From NCBI GenBank assembly GCA_050298595.1, contig JBNKUM010000047.1:1-58386 (forward strand): a stretch of 58,386 bases of DNA. Reading direction: 5' to 3'. The translations under genes and the position numbers were made by a program. The DNA is from Gammaproteobacteria bacterium. Its GTDB lineage: Bacteria; Pseudomonadota; Gammaproteobacteria; GCA-001735895. Numbering within the stretch: position 1 is the first letter of the stretch; the number at the start of each line of letters is the position of its first letter. The notes under the pieces are model-generated. The model saw only the letters and a program-made list of their open reading frames with translations. It did not search any database and had not been told where the DNA came from. This document shows positions 52,906 to 58,386 of the stretch, in pieces.

Positions 52906-53540
52906 TTTGAAACATAATTTAACCACGAAGCGCACGAAGATTGTTAGGGCCGGTTAATGCTGGAAGGCGTCGTTCCTCCTTTTCCATATACAACCTAGAA
53001 CTCTGACGTTCACGATTCTATTGGTTTAGCGTTTATTGAGCCTAAGTTGCCATTTGGGTAACATGAAAGCGAATTGTAATACTCGATATATGCTTGACTC
53101 ACGCCCAGAGTCAATCACTAGTAGCCGAAAGGTTTCTTCAGCATTGAATATCTAAGCAACAGCAGGCGCTGGCTCTATTGCGCTCGCGCTCTTCGCCTTC
53201 TTCTGAAACATTTCATCTCACCACTTACTCAATCCTGAACTACGACCTTAAGGTTCCTCATAAAAAAAACTAAAGGAAACTATACTCAAGTCGATAGAAT
53301 AATTTCAAGGTGATTGTTAATAGGTATTCACATGTAAGAGCGCCTGCAATGGCGCTACCTTAAAATCAGATAAATACCCATACTGACGTAGAGTAGGTTG
53401 AAAAGCAGAATGTAGTACAGGCATTATTTTTCGGGAGTGAGGCCCTGATAAACCTCTGATCTACATCAGCAAGACAACCCTATCTACCGGGGCCTGATAT
53501 GACCGATAGTATTTATTCTACCCGGCAATGACAGGTTCCT

Positions 53541-53667
53541 GCGGCACAGTGTTGTGCCGCCAAAATCAATGACTGCAAGTCTTTGATTTTGAGAGAAAAG
53601 CGAAAATCGCATTTTTCGTTTTTCTCGCTCTGAGAATTCATGGATGAATTATTCAGATCTTCCCTAG
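53541..53667. mobile_element. Four abutting hairpins ending in an IS5-like terminal repeat (MITE remnant)
   Basis: Hairpins at 53541-60, 53561-91, 53593-626 and 53635-50, then TTATTCAGATCTTCC followed by CTAG. Confidence 0.6.
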
Positions 53668-53777
53668 ATAGAACAGTTTGAAAGTGTTACCCGGTGATAC
53701 CTTCTCTATTTACAAATGAAGTGCACTCAACTTCTGTGGTTTGTACATAACTAATCAAAATATAAAAAGGTAATAAA

Positions 53778-55754
53778 ATGAAATCAGTTTTTCGCATCTT
53801 TAACAACTTGAGCATTAGCGTTAAAGCGATGATTGCCCCTGTATTGATAATGGTATTGCTGGTCCTGATTGGCGGTATTGCTTATATAAACCTTAGCGAG
53901 ATGGAATTAGAGGTTGAGACGATTACCCAGGATCTTGCGCCAGATGCGGGTACCGCAGCTGATCTCATGCAACAATTGTATCTTAAGCGCTTACATGTAA
54001 AAGACTACATCAAAACCAGCAGCAGCCAATCGGTGGAACAATTCAAAACTGCAGAAAAAACTTTTCAGGAAATCATGCAGACTGCTCGAAACAATATCCA
54101 TAATCCCGATCATGTGAATTTGCTAGATGAAATCGATGCCCTGAATAATCAATATACCAATGAGTTCTTTGATGTGGTTGTTGCTAATATGGAGAAGAGC
54201 AACAAGATTGTAAAAGAGGAACTGGATGTTAAGGGCACTTTGATTGAAGAAAGCCTTTCACATGTAATGCAGTCTGCATATCGCGCTAAAGATAATGAGG
54301 CAGCCTACATTGGCGGTAAAACTATACAACATTTGATGTTGGCCCGTTTGTACGTATTCCATTTTCTCGTTGAGAATGATGAGGCATCTGAGAAACGTGT
54401 CCAGGTCGAGTTTGCTGAGACAAAAAATCTTTTTAAAGATTTATTGAGCAAATTAGGTCACCCGCTACGTCGACAAGCAGCTATTGATGCGCAGCAAACT
54501 TTCAATGAATATCGTAAGGTCTTCGATGCAGTCGTCACTGCAATCAGAGAGCGAAACAATGGTATAAGGGATGTTCTCAATGCCAAAGGCCCCATCATGG
54601 CAAGTAAATCGCAAGACCTACGTAATAGTGTTTTCGATTTATTGCAAGAACTGTCGGTAGTGGTGGAAAACGAAGTTAAACAAACGACAACAACCATCGC
54701 TCTCGTTACACTTATTGCCATGATTGCCGGTCTGCTGATTGCCTACCTGGTCATGCGCGGTATTGTGAAACCGATAAAAGAAACTAACTCAATGCTTGAG
54801 GACATTGCTCAGGGTGACGGTGACCTTACAAAACGCATTCTGGTTGAGAGTAATGATGAAATCGGGATGCTGGGTAATAATTTCAATAGTTTTGTCGAAA
54901 AACTTCAGCGCATTATTACTCAGATTATGAACGCAACCGGACAGCTAGCAACAGCTGCAGAAGAGGTTGCGACTATTACCGAGCAAACCAGCTCTAACAT
55001 CAATCAACAAAAGCTGGAAACCTCACAGGTAGCGACCGCTATGAACGAGATGACAGCAACGGTTCAATCAGTCTCTCAAGATGCTTTAGCTGCTTCTGAT
55101 GCTGCTGGTGCAGCAAATAAAGAGGCGAATAATGGTAATCAGGTCGTATCCAGTACTATCGAAGCTATCAATAATCTGGCAAGGGAAGTGGAAGCATCCG
55201 CATCGACAATTGAAGAACTCCAGAGCAACAGTGTCGATATCGGCTCCATTCTGGATGTAATCAAAAATATTGCTGATCAGACTAATTTATTGGCGTTAAA
55301 TGCTGCGATTGAAGCAGCTCGTGCAGGAGAAATGGGGCGCGGTTTTGCTGTTGTTGCTGATGAGGTTCGGACCCTTGCACAGAGAACCCAGACATCAACT
55401 GCAGAAATTGAAAGTCTTATCACTGTATTACAGGATGGTTCAAAACAGGCCGTTAGCAGGATCACCCAAAATCGAGATCTTGCCGTTTCAACCGTCGAAC
55501 AGGCGGCCAGTGCAGGTGAATCACTTCGTTCAATCACCAGTGCAGTGTCAACAATCATGCAAATGAATACTCAGATAGCTGCCGCAGCTGAAGAGCAGGC
55601 GGTCGTAGCTGAAGAAATCAACAGAAATATAGTGAGTATCGAATCGGTATCAGAGCAAACGGCAACAGGAGCTAAACAAACATCAAGTGCCAGTTTAGAA
55701 CTGGCAAATTTAAGTGAGCAACTTAAGGGCTTAGTCGGGCAGTTCAAGGTTTAA
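53778..55754 (+). CDS. Methyl-accepting chemotaxis protein with a large helical (HBM-like) periplasmic sensor
   Basis: Two TMs around a ~270-aa helical domain, [25 protein letters not shown]. Confidence 0.95.
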   Translation: MKSVFRIFNNLSISVKAMIAPVLIMVLLVLIGGIAYINLSEMELEVETITQDLAPDAGTAADLMQQLYLKRLHVKDYIKTSSSQSVEQFKTAEKTFQEIMQTARNNIHNPDHVNLLDEIDALNNQYTNEFFDVVVANMEKSNKIVKEELDVKGTLIEESLSHVMQSAYRAKDNEAAYIGGKTIQHLMLARLYVFHFLVENDEASEKRVQVEFAETKNLFKDLLSKLGHPLRRQAAIDAQQTFNEYRKVFDAVVTAIRERNNGIRDVLNAKGPIMASKSQDLRNSVFDLLQELSVVVENEVKQTTTTIALVTLIAMIAGLLIAYLVMRGIVKPIKETNSMLEDIAQGDGDLTKRILVESNDEIGMLGNNFNSFVEKLQRIITQIMNATGQLATAAEEVATITEQTSSNINQQKLETSQVATAMNEMTATVQSVSQDALAASDAAGAANKEANNGNQVVSSTIEAINNLAREVEASASTIEELQSNSVDIGSILDVIKNIADQTNLLALNAAIEAARAGEMGRGFAVVADEVRTLAQRTQTSTAEIESLITVLQDGSKQAVSRITQNRDLAVSTVEQAASAGESLRSITSAVSTIMQMNTQIAAAAEEQAVVAEEINRNIVSIESVSEQTATGAKQTSSASLELANLSEQLKGLVGQFKV

Positions 55755-56159
55755 TTTAAGGCATCTCTGATCAATTATGTTATGTCTCTGCGGGACCTGA
55801 AGCCCAGGTCTTGCATTTGACATTCAGGTAAATTCTTAAAATCAGGGACTTTTAAGAAGAAAGCTTCTTTCTGTTTACCACGTATTCTTTCAAAACATGA
55901 AACCCTTCCTGTGATTTAGCCATAGGGAACAGGGATAATTGTGATGCGAGTGTTCTACCATCTTGCTTACAGCTGTGGACAAGCCGGTTAAAAAGTTACG
56001 AACCTGGACAGACGACAGATCCTGTTTCTGTTGTTGACCGACCGAATGCAGCCTAAATCAGGGCGACTCATGTCCTCGATCCTGATTTAGGACGATTTTC
56101 TTCTCCTGATTCATCATATTGCCTCCACTTACATTTATATTGAACAGAGGAATGATGCG

Positions 56160-56770
56160 ATGAAGATGCTCACAGGCTTAACTCTTTTAGCTGTATGCTG
56201 GATTTCGGATGTCACGGCTGATGCTGCCGTGGGTTTTGAACAAATAGTTTTATATACAGACAGTGAAAAGCCTTTAAAATCTCAAATCTGGTACCCTGCG
56301 AAGGCCTCTTTACCAGTGACAAGAATTGCTGAAAATGCAGCCTTTTCTGGTACCGATGTAGTCAGGGAAGCAATAACTTTGACTGGACAGTTTCCTCTGG
56401 TAATCATTTCTCACGGCTATCGTGGTAACTGGCGCAACAAGGCTATATCGTTGCTGCAATTGATCACCCCGGCACTAGCAGTTTTGACCATTCAGCCCAA
56501 TCAGCAGCCAAATGGTGGGAGCGCCCAGCGGACCTGTCTCGTTTACTTGACTGGCTGTTACAGGAATCGAATATGAGGCCCTTTATCAATAAGGCCAGCA
56601 TTACCGCGATAGGTCATTCTCTCGGCGGCTGGACGGTTATAGCATTGGCAGGGGCACAGTTTGATCGTGAGCAACTGAAACTGGAATGTACGCTCAAACA
56701 AAACCCGCGGGCGTATGGTCTGATGCCAGAGCTGGGTTTAGACATGGAGTGCTTTCAGCACGGCGAATAA
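56160..56770 (+). pseudogene. Frameshifted, 3'-truncated secreted alpha/beta hydrolase (PAF-AH/dienelactone-hydrolase-like)
   Basis: IWYP and PLVIISHG in one frame; GYIVAAIDHPG, ERPADLS and IGHSLGG in another; ends prematurely. Confidence 0.85.
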
Positions 56771-56834
56771 ACAGCATCACCGCCAATATGGATAACAACA
56801 GGGCTGTCACAAAAGGTAAAGGAATAGCGATCAT
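56694..56834 (-). pseudogene. 5' remnant of a membrane-anchored (probably AraC-family) gene
   Basis: Minus strand reads MIAIPLPFVTALLLSILAVMLFIRR and then runs into antisense hydrolase sequence. Confidence 0.5.
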
Positions 56835-57156
56835 CGGGGTTCCGTATAGCCTGAATATTTCGGCTCAAGTAGCATCATTATGCCCCTCATCAGAATCAGG
56901 AATTTCAGAACATACCGCCAGAAGGCAAAGAACTGTATAGGCAGGTATTTCGCTGTGTCGCTCCTTATACCTTAAAACTCAAACAAAAAAATGAACTGGA
57001 TCAAGGACACCAGCTCTGAAGTATCTATTCAACAAACTCCTATTAATATGCAACCCAGCGCACGCCTGTCACTACTAACACACCGTTTATTTTAAAAACA
57101 GTGAACTACGTCGCATTTTTTAGCTTGCTCTTAAAAATAGTCTATATTTATTTCAT

Positions 57157-57240
57157 CTGAAAAAGGCAAACCAGTTGAAAGACTGGGACGCAATACCACG
57201 GGTCTAAAGTGAATTTCACTAAGACAGCCGGGTTACCAGA
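57157..57240 (+). ncRNA. c-di-GMP-I (GEMM) riboswitch
   Basis: GGCAAACCAGTT-GAAA-GACTGGGACGCAA...GGTCTAAAG...GACAGCCGGGTTACC follows the GEMM consensus (GAAA tetraloop, receptor, G20/A47/C92 equivalents). Confidence 0.9.
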
Positions 57241-57462
57241 AATCATAGTAAAACAGTACTAGTTGGAATTAAGTCGTATCACTATTCTACTGGTAATGCC
57301 TGAAGGGATTTAATTGGCACCCTCTGTTTGTATTTCTTTTTTGGTAGCCGTTCTGGCTTCTTATCCCTGTTATTCCTGCCTAAAAGTTCAGATTTTTATT
57401 AACAATTTTGAGCGGATATTCATTTTTTGAGTTCGACTCAATCACAGGTCAGGTACAGAGTG

Positions 57463-58386
57463 ATGAAATATTCAAGTTTTAAATTTCTACTTTTTTCTAT
57501 CGTGTTTTCGTGGATTATAACTGGTTGTGGCAGTGAAGTAACGACTACAGTAAAGGAAGATACTGAATTCGTTAGTGCCAAAGTCTCACTTGATAGTAAT
57601 CAAACCAATATCCGTGAAAATAAGAGCGTCAAATCAAATGGGTCGGACCATGATACTTCTAATTGCGTGTCTAATGGGGTCGGGTCAGTGAAGAAGCCGA
57701 AGTGTACGAGCGAAACTCCGCCAGTGTTACCAACCCTCACATTTTCAGCTTCGTCAAGCTCGGTTAATATGAATGCTTCAACCACACTGAGCTGGTCCAC
57801 CACCGATGCTACCGAGTGTACAGCTTCAGGAGACTGGTCAGGCAGCAAAGCTGCTTCAGGTTCAGAAGTGATCTACTCCATAGTCAATGACAATACTTTT
57901 AATCTTTCCTGCTCAGGTCCGGGAGGTGTCGTTAATGATTCGGTTAGCGTCACTGTGATAGCAGATACAACCCCAACTTTAAACCTGACAGCAAGTCCTT
58001 TGAGTGTAGAGTACAACGGCGACACAATATTAACCTGGAGCAGTACGAATGTCAGCAGTTGTAGCGCTGCGGGCGACTGGTCAGGATCAAAAGCAACTAC
58101 AGGCAGTGAGACTTTCAATGCCTTAACTGCAAATCAGGTTTTCACTCTTTACTGTATCGGTAATGGTGGAAGCGCATCTGAGTCAGTAAGTGTAACCGTT
58201 CAACCTGCTCCTGCACCCACAATGTCTCTTTCAGCGTCTTCTACAAATGTGTCTCAGGGTGATTCAACCACATTAAACTGGAGCAGCACTAATGCAACTA
58301 GTTGTACAGCATCTGGTGACTGGTCAGGAACAAAAGCTACTTCAGGCAGTGAGACTTTCAATGCCTTAACTGAAGACCAGGTTTTC
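57463..58386 (+). CDS. Lipoprotein with tandem 81-aa Ig-like repeats, 3'-truncated (absent from the ORF track)
   Basis: MKYSSFKFLLFSIVFSWIITGC lipobox; frame open to the window end; L.WSSTN..SC.A.GDWSG.KA..GSE repeated at 243-nt spacing (57832, 58075, 58318). Confidence 0.9.
   Translation, partial: MKYSSFKFLLFSIVFSWIITGCGSEVTTTVKEDTEFVSAKVSLDSNQTNIRENKSVKSNGSDHDTSNCVSNGVGSVKKPKCTSETPPVLPTLTFSASSSSVNMNASTTLSWSTTDATECTASGDWSGSKAASGSEVIYSIVNDNTFNLSCSGPGGVVNDSVSVTVIADTTPTLNLTASPLSVEYNGDTILTWSSTNVSSCSAAGDWSGSKATTGSETFNALTANQVFTLYCIGNGGSASESVSVTVQPAPAPTMSLSASSTNVSQGDSTTLNWSSTNATSCTASGDWSGTKATSGSETFNALTEDQVF

Noticed and set aside
52940-53250. Possible gene remnant after the reductase
   Set aside because: The frame I read is interrupted by stops and gives no recognisable motif.
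55756-55823. IS-like end and GCGGGACCTG/CAGGTCTTGC hairpin forming a composite transposon around the MCP
   Set aside because: Similarity to the 53649-53663 end is weak and the orientation faces away from the gene; more simply a terminator or REP remnant.
57157-57240. c-AMP-GMP-sensing (GEMM-Ib) variant
   Set aside because: The specificity position equivalent to G20 is G (GGCAAAC), the c-di-GMP type.
57600-58118. Minus-strand ORFs 57600..57848 and 57873..58118
   Set aside because: Antisense shadows of the plus-strand repeat lipoprotein.

Overview
A 58.4-kb chromosomal window, most likely from a marine gammaproteobacterium; a garAB-like glutathione-amide pair hints at a Chromatiales-like sulfur oxidiser (inference). 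In order: a 5'-truncated Pro-Glu-repeat gene with two roadblock/MglB-type genes; a hemerythrin; a ZrgA/DUF2796 metal ABC operon led by a His/CxxC/RAPP upstream ORF; a repeat lipoprotein + Ser/Thr kinase + Gly-tailed protein trio; hrpB; a YafY/WYL regulator divergent from a VOC-EVE-VOC-tag-YdeN operon; two AT-rich ORFans; an orphan cheB-cheR pair and an MCP; a ~19-kb aromatic catabolic island (pobA, CYP203-like P450/ferredoxin/reductase, TRAP, complete protocatechuate 4,5-cleavage ligUIKJABC, AKR, USP, two AraC regulators, MFS, NAT); ggt-GST-oxyR-garA-garB; a second MCP; a decayed hydrolase/AraC pair; and a c-di-GMP-I riboswitch ahead of a repeat lipoprotein that runs off the window. Small palindromic/MITE-like elements sit in intergenic gaps. 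Best candidates for undescribed systems: a RAPP ribosome-arrest leader with an anti-SD pairing controlling the zinc-uptake operon, and the P450 module wired into the 4-hydroxybenzoate pathway. Family calls come from motif recognition and recall, not from database searches.
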